64,000 nt of DNA from a virus, in IMG/VR virus record IMGVR_UViG_3300045988_159436, one strand, 5' to 3'. Below the pieces are notes generated by a model. It searched no databases and was not told the DNA's origin. It was given only the letters and a program-made list of their open reading frames with translations. The translations under genes were made by a program, and so were the position numbers. Positions 1 to 10,452 of the stretch are shown piece after piece. The stretch's first letter is position 1; each line of letters begins with the position of its first letter.

Positions 1-130
1 TATAACTAAGAATAGTATTGATATAGAATATATGTAGTTACAAAAGAATGAATAGTATAAAGAAATAATATTTTGTATAATGTATATTTGTAATTCTAGG
101 AGTGAAAATAAGAAAAAACAGTATTTTATT

Positions 131-205
131 TGTATTTTTATATAATACTTATTTGTATTTTTATATAATACTTATTTGTATTTTTATATAATACTTATTT
201 GTATT
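131..205. repeat. 23-nt direct repeat x3 (tgtatttttatataatacttatt) plus partial 4th copy
   Basis: Exact tandem copies visible at 131-153, 154-176, 177-199. Confidence 0.85.
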
Positions 206-353
206 CAAGAAACCTCTCTTTAAAGGTGAATTTGAAAAGCGATTTCAAATTCATTTTTAAAAATTAAGGAATGGTAATTAAAGGTACACACGTGTGGAGA
301 TAAAAGGGCGTAGAGCTAGATATAGCAAAGGTTGAAGGGTGTGAGAATAAAAA

Positions 354-842
354 ATGTGGATACAGTACAGTCTTGTAGATGTAAGAAATTTAGACATTAT
401 TGAAAAAAAGAATTTCGATGTTGAGACTGATGTTAAAGTGCACAAACTTATAATGGCTCAATGGCAAGAATTAATAAAACATAATGAATATTTAGGAGTA
501 GCCCCAAAAGAGATATCTGTACTTATAAGGTGGGCAATTTCACATTCTTTAGGAGTAAGAATATATATAAAAACAGGATTCAACTATGCAAGAGAAATAG
601 GTTATACAGGTGTTCCACAGATATATGAGTATCTTTTAGGGGGGCCACAGCCATCAATAAGAGGAACTACTAAATGGGTAGATTTTATTATATGTCTTAT
701 TAGAGTAGTGGAGAAACTGACAGGTAGAAGGAATTTAGGTAGCTTGCTTCCTTGCAGGTCAGTAACTTATATGGAACAAATAGAGTGGTTAATAAAATTT
801 TACCTTAGATTTTATAATAGCAAAAGTGATGAATGGGAATAA
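354..842 (+). CDS. hypothetical protein, C-terminus ...SDEWE (member of WE-tail small protein family)
   Basis: ORF track; ends gaatgggaataa like 6 other small ORFs in window. Confidence 0.5.
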   Translation: MWIQYSLVDVRNLDIIEKKNFDVETDVKVHKLIMAQWQELIKHNEYLGVAPKEISVLIRWAISHSLGVRIYIKTGFNYAREIGYTGVPQIYEYLLGGPQPSIRGTTKWVDFIICLIRVVEKLTGRRNLGSLLPCRSVTYMEQIEWLIKFYLRFYNSKSDEWE

Positions 843-984
843 CTTTTTAAGCGAATAACTTAAAAGGTTATTTGCATTTATGAACTTAAATGCAGGAAGA
901 TGCTTAAAGGGAAAATAAAAATTGTAGTCATATTAAAAACTGCAAAATGCAACTTAATACTTAAAAGGAGAAAAATGTGGGGAG

Positions 985-1205
985 AAATAGGTACACAGTC
1001 CCTTTAAAAGAGGTGTAAATGTTACCTTAAATAGTAATAGTTACTAATAACAGCACAATATATAGTAAAAAATTATTATTTATTGTGATATTATACAAAA
1101 TATAGGTACCCACTAATTGAGAAATTGTACCAATATAGCGAACAAGTGTTTGTAAATAGGTACACAGTATATAGCGAACGAGTGTGTGATAGGTACACAC
1201 AGGTG
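985..1205. repeat. iteron-like cluster: ATAGGTACAC(A) x4 and ATATAGCGAAC(A/G)AGTGT x2
   Basis: Direct repeats at 987,1101,1157,1190 and 1132/1169 in an ORF-poor region. Confidence 0.6.
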
Positions 1206-1739
1206 TTCGGTATAATGGTATAGTGTACACTCCACACGTACACAAAAAGGCAAATTGATTACTTTTTCTAGGGGTGGAGATAAAGAATTTTAGCAATTTT
1301 GCCCTATTTTAGCAAAAAACAGCTTATTTTGTCTACTGGTAGGAGACACTGCCATAAAAGCATAAAAAAATAGCCCAAAAGGGCTAAAATTTGAGCATAA
1401 AAATAGGGGTAGAGGATATAACCACTCTTACCCCTATAGAAAGTATATTATTTTATTAGTCGCCGCTTTCCTTTAGCATCCATAATGGTAAGCATATATC
1501 AGGGCTGTAGCAATAGTGATAGCAACCATTTCCCCCGCCAGCTTTTCCCACAGCCATTTAACACCGAATAATGTTGCGTAAAAAATTCCGAATAAATATC
1601 TCATTGTAGTACCTCCATATTAGTATTTGAAGTCGCCTAAAGATTGCCCCAATTTAAACCTTTGCACTTTATCACCCCTTTTATACATAGTGTATCAGAA
1701 GTAGATAGCAATGTCAAGCTTTTTTTTAAAAAATAATCA

Positions 1740-1928
1740 TTGACACTCTCTATCATTATCATTAAGAGAGGATACTTATATGATATATACGCTTATATGT
1801 CATATATGACTGATTTCGAGTTGCAGTATAAAGGATTAGATTTTTTTAAGCTAATAGATGTTATTAAGAATGATTACGAATTAGAGGATACTCTTATTAA
1901 AGAAGTTATAGAGTTTACTAAATACTAG
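1740..1928 (+). CDS. hypothetical small protein
   Basis: ORF followed by hairpin+T-run. Confidence 0.35.
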   Translation: MTLSIIIIKRGYLYDIYAYMSYMTDFELQYKGLDFFKLIDVIKNDYELEDTLIKEVIEFTKY

Positions 1929-1955
1929 CGGGAAATATTCCCGCTTTTCTTTTTT
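1928..1955 (+). terminator. rho-independent terminator (gcgggaaatattcccgc + T-run)
   Basis: GC hairpin followed by ttttcttttt. Confidence 0.6.
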
Positions 1956-2380
1956 ACCCTTTTATGTGAACATATGTTTGCAAAACTCAATCACAAATAT
2001 TTTGATTTGTCAAGTTTTTGAATTGCAGTAAAATAAAGAATATTTAATTTGCTGGCAGTATTCTCACAGAATAAAATGCCTCTTAGACGCTCATATTTGC
2101 CTTGTGAGCGTTTTTATATCAATATAGGATAAACCATAAGCACATATAAAATAAAACTCAATAGCGGGCATTTTCGTTCTCCACAATACACATATACTAT
2201 ATTTATAGTATTGACAAATTAAATATATTGTGCATATTTACAATATTGAAATAAAATATTTATTTTTGTATATTGACAAAACTGTTATTTTATGCTTACC
2301 TTTTTTACCGCCCTTTTTCTTCATCCCCTATATATAATATAATGAAAGGAAAAAAATTGATAAATTTTTCAAAAAAAGTG

Positions 2381-2409
2381 TTGACAATGATATTAAGAGC
2401 TGTTAAGAT
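2381..2409 (+). promoter_or_regulatory. sigma70-like promoter (TTGACA-17-TAAGAT) upstream of 2445 gene
   Basis: -35 consensus, weaker -10. Confidence 0.35.
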
Positions 2410-2444
2410 ATAGGCATAGAGAGATACACAAGGGGGGTAAAAAA

Positions 2445-3899
2445 ATGCAAGAATTTGAATTTGTTGATAATGGAATTTTTAAAAAAAATGGCAAAGACTA
2501 TCTTAATAAAGGGCAAATAGTAATTAATGATATAACATATTACTTTTACATCAGTTCTGATGTACCTTATTTCGCAGGGCTATATTTACCTAATAAAGAA
2601 AAATTTATAGTTATTGCTGTGACTGATGAAAATAAGGGCAGGGAAGCCACAGAAGAAGAACGTGTAATATTACAATGTAAATGTAGAAGGTGCATAAACT
2701 GTGGAGAAGTAATCACTAAAGAAGACTGGATTTGGGTAGACGGAGATACCTTATGCGCTAATTGTTATGAAAATTTATTGGGTGAAGAAATTGAAATATG
2801 TGATATTTGTGGGTGCGCCCATTTTTCTGATAATGATAGAATGATATACATTCAAGAAGAAGAGCAATTAATTTGTGATGAATGCGCTGAACGTCATTAC
2901 TTTCAATGTAGTAATTGCGGAAAATGGACTAAAGAAATACTACCAATGGCTGATGGAGATTACATATGCAACGAATGCTTCGAAACAGGGGACTATTATA
3001 TATGTGACGATTGCGGAAATGTTATAGCCCCTGATACTGACGGCATAATTATACGTAGTGACAGTGTATACTGTGAAGATTGCGCTTCTGAGCATGCAGA
3101 CCCCAATGAAGAATATATACACGAATATTGCTATTCTCCATGCATAATGTTTAATGAAGGGAATGAATTAAATAGTTGCCCGAAAAAGGGGGAAAGATAT
3201 TTCGGACTAGAAATTGAAACAGAATGTACTGGGGATATTACAGAAGTAATAGAAAATGAAAATTACTACTGGGCCACTGATGATAGCAGTATTCAATGTT
3301 TAAATGGGGGCTGTGCCGCTGAAATAGTAACGCAACCGACAACATTTAAAGCATGGCAGAATTACAGTGATGCATTTTTTGATGCTTTAGAAAATAACTG
3401 CGTTACTAATAATTCTTGCGGATTACATATTCATGTCAATAGAAATAGTGTATCAGATGAAACGATTGAAAAAGCAATATTATTTATTAGTAAACATTAT
3501 GAAAAAATAGCAATATTTGCAGATAGGTTGATGTGCAACATATGCAGTTATGCGGGGAATAATTTAGAACATTATAAAGATTTCTATCCTAATAGCAAAT
3601 CTGTTAAGGAAGAAATTAATATTATAAAAAAGGGGAAAGATAATGTACGGCATAAATATTTAGCTATAAATACCTTGCATAAGAATACATATGAATTCCG
3701 CATATTTAACAGCACTGTAGATAAAGATAGAATACTGGCATATATAGAATTTGTAGATGCATTGCTTGAATACTGTTCAGAGAATAACTTTTTACAAATT
3801 TGTAAGTCGGATTTTCTCGACTTAAACAAATATGCGGAAGGATGGGATAAATATAAAAATTTAACACACAGGTTCAGTGTTCTTAATCAAGAATTATAG
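2445..3899 (+). CDS. multi-Zn-ribbon protein with C-terminal amidoligase-like (Amidoligase_2/glutamine-synthetase-like) domain
   Basis: ~8 CxxC...CxxC pairs in N-half; YFGLEIETE, CGLHIHVN, YEFRIFNS motifs resemble GxExE / GxHxH / ExR of amidoligase family. Confidence 0.5.
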   Translation: MQEFEFVDNGIFKKNGKDYLNKGQIVINDITYYFYISSDVPYFAGLYLPNKEKFIVIAVTDENKGREATEEERVILQCKCRRCINCGEVITKEDWIWVDGDTLCANCYENLLGEEIEICDICGCAHFSDNDRMIYIQEEEQLICDECAERHYFQCSNCGKWTKEILPMADGDYICNECFETGDYYICDDCGNVIAPDTDGIIIRSDSVYCEDCASEHADPNEEYIHEYCYSPCIMFNEGNELNSCPKKGERYFGLEIETECTGDITEVIENENYYWATDDSSIQCLNGGCAAEIVTQPTTFKAWQNYSDAFFDALENNCVTNNSCGLHIHVNRNSVSDETIEKAILFISKHYEKIAIFADRLMCNICSYAGNNLEHYKDFYPNSKSVKEEINIIKKGKDNVRHKYLAINTLHKNTYEFRIFNSTVDKDRILAYIEFVDALLEYCSENNFLQICKSDFLDLNKYAEGWDKYKNLTHRFSVLNQEL

Positions 3900-3912
3900 G
3901 GGGTTACGAAAA

Positions 3913-4083
3913 ATGGAAATTTCAGAATTAAAATTTAGAAAATTTAATGGTGAGCGCATCCGCTACACTACAGCAGAACGGCTGATATCATATGAAAATG
4001 TGCTAGTAGTAGAGGAACACTACGGAGCGTATACTCTTATAAATATTAATAACGGTGATATTATCACAGTTTATACAAATTAA
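3913..4083 (+). CDS. hypothetical small protein
   Basis: ATG with GGGGG RBS; start adjusted from ORF track. Confidence 0.35.
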   Translation: MEISELKFRKFNGERIRYTTAERLISYENVLVVEEHYGAYTLININNGDIITVYTN

Positions 4084-4096
4084 AGGGGGCTATATA

Positions 4097-4564
4097 ATGA
4101 GTACATCAGCTTATATTATTACTAAACACAATGACTACTATTGGGGGGCCATGTGTAATTGGGACGGATACCCTGACGGCTTGGGAAGTGATTTGCTTAA
4201 TATGACTATGAAGGATAAGAATAATGATACGATTGAACAACAGATATTTGATACTATTAAAGATGGTGATATGTCATATTTAGGTGAACCCTACATGGAG
4301 GAAGACAGCGAAGCATATAAATTTAAGTCGTTAAAAACCATGTTGCGTAATGTAGTAGGATGTTTTGTTGACTATATCTACTTATATAACTGTGGGCAAT
4401 GGTATGTGGCACGTGCAGGGTATGATATTGATGTTATTGACTTCTATAGATTATCTTTATTCTTTAAGAATAATAATCCACAAGAATTTAGGGGCGAAGA
4501 TTATCAAGAACATATCTTTAGAGATAAAACGCCTGATAGCATTGTTACAATAAGGAGTAAATAA
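4097..4564 (+). CDS. hypothetical protein
   Basis: ORF with RBS aaaggggg upstream of ATG 4097. Confidence 0.5.
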   Translation: MSTSAYIITKHNDYYWGAMCNWDGYPDGLGSDLLNMTMKDKNNDTIEQQIFDTIKDGDMSYLGEPYMEEDSEAYKFKSLKTMLRNVVGCFVDYIYLYNCGQWYVARAGYDIDVIDFYRLSLFFKNNNPQEFRGEDYQEHIFRDKTPDSIVTIRSK

Positions 4565-5090
4565 CAATGGATACTATTAAGAATATGTTGAGAATTGCAG
4601 GAATGACAACAGTTATGACTATCATAGTATTTATAGGCGTAAAATTAGGGCTATACGTAGCAAGTGCTTTAACTACAGTGTTAGGACTGTGACACATAGC
4701 ATAGTGGGAGGGGGTAGCCTATGAGTGATAGATAAATATTATCAATTAGACAACATGGCTATTTATGTAAAATCATTAGTAGTATATAATAGTATTAAGT
4801 ATTATATATTAGATGTGTTTATTGATAATATATTTACTAAGCAATATAATATAAAAGCTTGTGATATATTATTGACAGAAGAACATATTGTTATTAATGA
4901 AGTAAAGTTTATTAGAAACTATTATCAATAATAAACAGTAACCACATGAAAATACATCCGTTTTCATAATGGTTACTGTTTTTGTAACCGTGTGCCTAGT
5001 TACAAATTTTTTTTACAAATTTTTTATCTCACAAAAATCTGGGGTAACTTCAAGAATAATAATAAATAATACAATAGTGAATTTTTTTTT

Positions 5091-5120
5091 CAAAAAAAAA
5101 ATAAGCCTTGAAAAAGGCTT
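5091..5120 (-). terminator. rho-independent terminator for leftward operon
   Basis: aagccttgaaaaaggctt hairpin followed (minus strand) by T-run. Confidence 0.55.
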
Positions 5121-5290
5121 AGAAGAATCGGTCTTCTATATCTGGATGTCTATTACCACCTGTTAAGACCGCACAATATTTTTTATCAGCTTAAAATATA
5201 GGCATACTCTTTTTCATTATTTTCATGTTCAAGACCTTTAAAATATTTCAATAAACGTGCTAATCTGTCTAATATTTGTTCTTTCATCAT

Positions 5291-5581
5291 TTACTCCTTT
5301 GTATATTTTTGGCAATAAGTATGACCATTCATAAAAACAAAATTACAACAATTACATTTATAATTATCTCTGTAAGTGCATTTAGCATCATTATAATATT
5401 TGCAATTAACCCACGGACAATACAATACTCTCTGCCATGAGTATTCGTCTCTAATGTGTACTTGTATTACTACATCTGCTAATTTTACTTTTATCATAAT
5501 CAGTCCTCGTTGAATAATAAAATCGTTGTGGTGAATACTCAGAAGGAGCTTGTGTAATATTGAACTGCCTACACTGCTCAC
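5291..5581 (-). CDS. hypothetical Cys-rich protein
   Basis: ORF track. Confidence 0.45.
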   Translation of the reverse strand: MSSVGSSILHKLLLSIHHNDFIIQRGLIMIKVKLADVVIQVHIRDEYSWQRVLYCPWVNCKYYNDAKCTYRDNYKCNCCNFVFMNGHTYCQKYTKE

Positions 5582-5610
5582 AATTAACTTTTATGCAATG
5601 AGGGCAATAG

Positions 5611-5892
5611 TTAAGATACTTCATTTAATTCACCTAACTCTTTAAGTGTTAGTGATTTTTCCCCTAATGCTTCTCTAACTGCATTATAGTTACGTAAAGC
5701 AATATCTATATCATAATAAAACTGTGAAATGATTTCTTCCTCAGTTCCAGAATATAAATATTGGTCAGAATCTCCACAAGTCTCACAGTACAAATCCTCA
5801 TAAGGTATTTCGTCTTCTGAGGTATAATAACCCCCTAAATGGCTTTCATATAAGTACATTATACTCCTCCTAGCATAAAAACTATCTTGCAA
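5611..5892 (-). CDS. hypothetical protein
   Basis: ORF track. Confidence 0.45.
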   Translation of the reverse strand: MQDSFYARRSIMYLYESHLGGYYTSEDEIPYEDLYCETCGDSDQYLYSGTEEEIISQFYYDIDIALRNYNAVREALGEKSLTLKELGELNEVS

Positions 5893-6059
5893 AGTAAAGC
5901 GGCGAAAATAATAAGATAAGCAATAAGAGAAGTCACTATAGCCGCTCTGCGAAAACCTGTAGTATAAAGCATCTCTAAGAAAAAATCGGAAAAAGCAATG
6001 CCTATTCCAAAATAAATAAACATAATTACAACATAAAATAAAACCATTATTTCCACCAC
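5859..6059 (-). CDS. hypothetical small membrane protein
   Basis: highly hydrophobic 66 aa. Confidence 0.3.
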   Translation of the reverse strand: MVEIMVLFYVVIMFIYFGIGIAFSDFFLEMLYTTGFRRAAIVTSLIAYLIIFAALLCKIVFMLGGV

Positions 6060-6370
6060 GTTTCTAGTTTAAAATTTGTTTCACCAGTTTCTTTTTCAAA
6101 AAGTTTTTTTACAAGTTTTCCTAAATCTTTTTCTGTGCTTGCTTTGAGTGCTTCTGAATTGTGCAAAAATACTTTCATTACAGTTCCTGAGGACAAAACA
6201 AAGTCATACATTTGAGAAACTGAAATGGTATGTTCACATTTAGAACAAATTAGAGTAAGGGTGTTAATATACTCTGAGACATAATCACAAGTAGGACATC
6301 CCCCATAGCTTTCTTCATCTGATTCGATATTGAGTAAATAACCATCTTTTAATTGCAATAAGTATTCCAT
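6047..6370 (-). CDS. hypothetical protein
   Basis: ORF track. Confidence 0.45.
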   Translation of the reverse strand: MEYLLQLKDGYLLNIESDEESYGGCPTCDYVSEYINTLTLICSKCEHTISVSQMYDFVLSSGTVMKVFLHNSEALKASTEKDLGKLVKKLFEKETGETNFKLETWWK

Positions 6371-6514
6371 AATCTTCCTCCTAAAATAAACTTAAAATAG
6401 CTGTTATTGCTAATAGTATAGCACCAATAGATGCACAATACATTGTAGTAAAAAGTAGAGCGAAAGCTATAAGCTTAGTAGCTGTTTTTTGAAACAATTT
6501 AAAACCTTTTATAA

Positions 6515-6706
6515 TCAATCACCTCTATTTTTATATTGATTTCTCCACAATTTGCTATGAAATAAAGGTTTATTCGGACCTATATTAACAATAGCTCCAA
6601 TAATAACCAACGGAAGCATAATTGGGAAAGCAAAAATAAATAAACATAACCAACCTAAACCTGATACAAAATCATCTGCTGAGTCTCTTTTCTGCGTTTG
6701 TTTCAT
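6515..6706 (-). CDS. hypothetical membrane protein
   Basis: hydrophobic core. Confidence 0.4.
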   Translation of the reverse strand: MKQTQKRDSADDFVSGLGWLCLFIFAFPIMLPLVIIGAIVNIGPNKPLFHSKLWRNQYKNRGD

Positions 6707-6776
6707 AATATCAAATCCTTTCTAAATAAAAATCACCTTTTCTATGCTTTTATTATAACATGAAAAGGTGATTTTG

Positions 6777-7046
6777 TCAAGGTGTTATCCAACAAGTTTT
6801 TATATCTTTTATATCTAAGTCAAGTATAGCTTTTTTATTCATTTGATATGGGTGTAAAGGCTTCCTACTTGGAATAAATTTAGGTTTAAAATCAGTATAG
6901 CTAACTCTTATTTTTGGATAATTTATACTAATTACTTCTAAAGGCATATCAGGAGTAATTAAAACTGTGTAAGGAACTCTTACATTAAATAGGACTACTG
7001 GGCATTGTATAGAATTTTTTAAGTATACTGTATCTCCTATTTTCAT
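6777..7046 (-). CDS. hypothetical protein
   Basis: ORF track. Confidence 0.4.
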   Translation of the reverse strand: MKIGDTVYLKNSIQCPVVLFNVRVPYTVLITPDMPLEVISINYPKIRVSYTDFKPKFIPSRKPLHPYQMNKKAILDLDIKDIKTCWITP

Positions 7047-7058
7047 TACTATCTCCTT

Positions 7059-7562
7059 CTACATTAGTTTCTTTAATTCTTGCAAAAATGGACAATTAAA
7101 TAGAGATTCTGCAATACTTAGTTTTTTTGCATGTTCGATTGCTTCATCAGCATTTCCAAAAGTTTTTATAACCTCTTTATCCTTATTTAATATATGATAT
7201 TCATAAACAGGATAATATTGACCTAAATTCTTGTTCCAAAAAATAACCTGACGTGCTATTGAATATAGAGCTAATTCAAAGTCACAATAAACAATTTGAA
7301 ATTTAAAACATTCAATTATAAATTGTTCAAGCCATTTTTTAAACATATCCCCTAAAATCATTTCTGGTGGACAACTCTTTTTTGAAAAAATACGTTCTTC
7401 TGCTCTACCACATTTAGCGCATATTACCTTGATTTTATACTCTTCTAATGTTTCTGTATATTGCATTTTTAAATATTTGCAACAATCGTGGTCTAATAAT
7501 TTACGCATTAAAAAATGATTGCAAGAATAGCAATAACGCCTAAAGTGATTAAAAATCTCCAT
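7059..7562 (-). CDS. hypothetical protein
   Basis: ORF track. Confidence 0.45.
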   Translation of the reverse strand: MEIFNHFRRYCYSCNHFLMRKLLDHDCCKYLKMQYTETLEEYKIKVICAKCGRAEERIFSKKSCPPEMILGDMFKKWLEQFIIECFKFQIVYCDFELALYSIARQVIFWNKNLGQYYPVYEYHILNKDKEVIKTFGNADEAIEHAKKLSIAESLFNCPFLQELKKLM

Positions 7563-7771
7563 AAGTTTACGCCATATTTTGCAATAAATCCTTCTCTAAA
7601 TTCTTTGATATTATCAAGAGTATCTTCAAGGTCTTCTTTTATTTCTTGCAGTTTATCTTTAAATTCCGTTAATTCTTCATCAGTCATTTTTTTAATAACA
7701 TCTCTAAGCTCTTTATGAGCTTTCTTTACATTTTGAATTTTTGTATCAAGCAATTCTTTATTAGTCATTTT
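7508..7771 (-). CDS. hypothetical coiled-coil protein with C-terminal TM helix
   Basis: ATG (MTNKELLD) preferred over upstream GTG. Confidence 0.4.
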   Translation of the reverse strand, partial: KMTNKELLDTKIQNVKKAHKELRDVIKKMTDEELTEFKDKLQEIKEDLEDTLDNIKEFREGFIAKYGVNLWRFLITLGVIAILAIIF

Positions 7772-8253
7772 AAATTCCTTTCCAACATACCTCTCTTGCA
7801 ATTTCACTAAGAGGAATTACTCTATATCCCATTTCCTCTAGGGATACGTTAAAATGTCTGCAAACAGACTCTATTTTAGCTGAATTATGTAAATGCCCAT
7901 GAACATTAACATCATAGTGATGAAAAATTTTAGGTTCATGGCTAAATATAAAATTTATCCCTTGATATTTTAAAGGGTATTCTTTGCAAATAATATCAAA
8001 ATATTTTTGATATATTTTTTTTGGAGAAAATATCGTGATTTCCTAATGTCAATATTTTCTTCCCTTTTAATTCTTTAAAGATTCTTAAATCTACTATTGA
8101 CCAAGCAATATCTCCTAAGCAAATAACAGTATCTTCCTCTGCAACTAAATCATTCCAGTTAGTAATGATTTGCAATTCATAATCATCGGGTCTATTGCAT
8201 AATTTTTTAATTTCTTGATGCCCAAAATGAGTATCAGCTATTACCCAAATCAT
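7770..8253 (-). pseudogene. calcineurin-like metallophosphoesterase interrupted by frameshift in an A8 run (plus-strand T8 at 8021-8028)
   Basis: N part has DTHFGH...GD...GNHD; removing one A restores a frame encoding VHGHLH motif through to a stop at 7770. Confidence 0.6.
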
Positions 8254-8624
8254 TATTCTCTCCTTTGATTTTTCTTATGATTTAATATTGCTTTATTCCA
8301 ACAAGACGTACAATCCTTATCTTCACAGCACTTTGAATTATTTTTCATTCCTAAAACTTTGGGACAAAAGTTTCTAGTAATATAATCAAAATTAAGTGCG
8401 GCATAATAAGACATATTATAATATTTTCTTGATTTAATAAATTCATCACAATAATAGTTTTCATTATCTAGATAAGTTCTTTTTATTGTTGTTACCATGT
8501 TTTTTACTCCCTTTCTTTTTGATTGTAATACTATTATACCACATTTTTTTCTTTTTGTCAAGTGTTTTTTAAAATTTTTTAAAAAAATATGCTTTAAGAA
8601 AGAAAGAAGCAAAGAAAGAAACAA
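8253..8624 (-). CDS. hypothetical Cys-rich protein
   Basis: ORF track. Confidence 0.45.
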   Translation of the reverse strand: MFLSLLLSFLKHIFLKNFKKHLTKRKKCGIIVLQSKRKGVKNMVTTIKRTYLDNENYYCDEFIKSRKYYNMSYYAALNFDYITRNFCPKVLGMKNNSKCCEDKDCTSCWNKAILNHKKNQRRE

Positions 8625-8797
8625 TATATAACTACGTTATATATTGTCTCTATATATATATTTAATAATATTATATTATTATATTAATAATAATTATATA
8701 GGGTAGCACAAAAATGAAGATTTGTCAATAGATTTTTTAGAGAAATTTGTGAAATCTTTGTGAATTATTTTTAGTTAAATTTTTTTGCAAAAAAGTG

Positions 8798-8826
8798 TTG
8801 ACAAACGCTAAAAATTATGGTATAAT
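8798..8826 (+). promoter_or_regulatory. sigma70-type promoter TTGACA-17-TGgTATAAT
   Basis: consensus -35/-10 with extended -10. Confidence 0.7.
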
Positions 8827-8855
8827 GTTAATACATTCTGAAATGAGGTGTAGAA

Positions 8856-9161
8856 ATGAAAGAAGAAGACATTGTAGATTTACCGTTATATGACTTGTTT
8901 AAATTTCTTGCAGAAAAAAATGCAGGAGAGGTTTTAATAATTAGGGGTATTTTTACAAAAGCGCAAGATGCTATGTTAGCAAGTGCTGATAAATTTTTAA
9001 AGAAACTTTCTGAGGAAAGTGAAAAAGAGAATTACGAAGTCAATTTATCAATGGCTATTCAATGTTATGCACAGGCATTGTTTATAGGCGAAAAAATAGA
9101 ATTGTGTGATAGTGTAAGCTATGATTTAACACCTGAATGTTTTAAAGGTGTTGACAATTAA
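8856..9161 (+). CDS. hypothetical protein
   Basis: ORF downstream of consensus promoter. Confidence 0.5.
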   Translation: MKEEDIVDLPLYDLFKFLAEKNAGEVLIIRGIFTKAQDAMLASADKFLKKLSEESEKENYEVNLSMAIQCYAQALFIGEKIELCDSVSYDLTPECFKGVDN

Positions 9162-9179
9162 CCAAAAGTGTGATATAAT
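9151..9179 (+). promoter_or_regulatory. sigma70-type promoter TTGACA-17-TATAAT
   Basis: consensus. Confidence 0.65.
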
Positions 9180-9208
9180 ACAATAAAAATTGCAAAGTTG
9201 GTGGCAGA

Positions 9209-9457
9209 ATGAATAAAGAATTAGCTTTAGAACAAATTGATGCTTGTATCTTAATGCTTGAACAGATTAGGCAGTCTATAACAGGCGAGGGCGGGGACAC
9301 ACCCAAGCAGTTTTGGATTGACTCTGATGGAGTTAAGCATTTTGAAAAAGACCCTTACATACTTGATGGAGATGTTTTTTGCTGTGGCGAGCGTTGTAGG
9401 GTAGATAACGATAAATATATCTGTCAAGTATGCGGGTCAAAATATAGATGTAAATAG
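9209..9457 (+). CDS. hypothetical Cys-rich small protein
   Basis: ORF track. Confidence 0.45.
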   Translation: MNKELALEQIDACILMLEQIRQSITGEGGDTPKQFWIDSDGVKHFEKDPYILDGDVFCCGERCRVDNDKYICQVCGSKYRCK

Positions 9458-9467
9458 AGGTGGTTTT

Positions 9468-9920
9468 ATCAAGAAGCTAATAAGTGTTTTAGCAACACTA
9501 CTTCTGATGCTCTTTTTGGTTCTGCCAACAGACAAATCAAATTCAACACCAAGAGTTGATGCTTCGGAAATAAAAGTAGAATATGAACTTAAACCGCCAA
9601 AAATTATTTCTTACGATATGTTGGCAACAGCTTATACAGCGGCAGAAGATGAATGTGGAAGACCTTCTTGGCACCCAGATTATGGCAGAACTGCTTCTGG
9701 TGAATTTGTGAGAGAGGGAATTATAGCCGCAGATACAAGCGTGTTGCCTATGCACAGCAGGGTTTACATTATTGCTGGTGAATACAGTGGTTACTACGAG
9801 GTTAAAGATACTGGTGGAGCTATTGTAGGCAATAGAATAGATATTTATTTTCCAACAAAAGCGCAGGCATATAAATTCGGCAGAAGAAATGTTACTGTGC
9901 AGTTGATAAAGGAGCAGTAA
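9468..9920 (+). CDS. secreted 3D-domain (MltA/YabE-like) cell-wall binding protein; start uncertain (signal peptide precedes first ATG at 9507)
   Basis: TAYT...GxTASG...AADxSVLPMHSxVYI...DTGGAIVGNRIDIYF motif; hydrophobic leader upstream of ATG. Confidence 0.65.
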   Translation: MKKLISVLATLLLMLFLVLPTDKSNSTPRVDASEIKVEYELKPPKIISYDMLATAYTAAEDECGRPSWHPDYGRTASGEFVREGIIAADTSVLPMHSRVYIIAGEYSGYYEVKDTGGAIVGNRIDIYFPTKAQAYKFGRRNVTVQLIKEQ

Positions 9921-10382
9921 ATGCAGAGATTTGAAAGAATTTACAAAGATGCAAAATTGCCGACAAGAAAGACGGCAAGAAGTGCTGGTTATGATATGTA
10001 CTGTTATAGGGATACAGAAATTCCTCCTGTTTATTCTTTAAAAGATGGACAAGTAAGAATTTCTCTTACGCCTACTTTAGTGTCATTGGGAGTAAAAGCA
10101 AGGCTTGAATCAGATAAATTTTTACTTATGGCACCAAGAGGTTCTTTGTGCAAAAGAAACCTCGCATTAGGCAACACAGTAGGTGTTATAGATGCTGATT
10201 ATTTTGGCAATAAAACAAATGATGGAGAGATTTTTGCGGCAGTCATAAATTTTGGAGATGAGCCTGTAGTATTAAAAGCAGGTGAAAGAATTGTTCAAGG
10301 AATTATTTCATCATATGATAAAGTAGACTATGATGATACAACAGAAGAACGTGCTGGTGGTTTTGGTTCTACAGGAAATTAA
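9921..10382 (+). CDS. dut: dUTP diphosphatase (dUTPase)
   Basis: SAGYDMY, GVIDADYFGN, GERIVQ, RAGGFGSTGN motifs. Confidence 0.9.
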   Translation: MQRFERIYKDAKLPTRKTARSAGYDMYCYRDTEIPPVYSLKDGQVRISLTPTLVSLGVKARLESDKFLLMAPRGSLCKRNLALGNTVGVIDADYFGNKTNDGEIFAAVINFGDEPVVLKAGERIVQGIISSYDKVDYDDTTEERAGGFGSTGN

Positions 10383-10391
10383 AAATAATAC

Positions 10392-10420
10392 TTGACAAAA
10401 TTAAAAAAGTGTGGTATAAT
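10392..10420 (+). promoter_or_regulatory. sigma70-type promoter (family copy cTTGACAAAAtTAAAAAAGTGTGGTATAAT)
   Basis: consensus. Confidence 0.7.
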
Positions 10421-10452
10421 ATATACATAATAAAAAACAAAGGAGAATTCGA

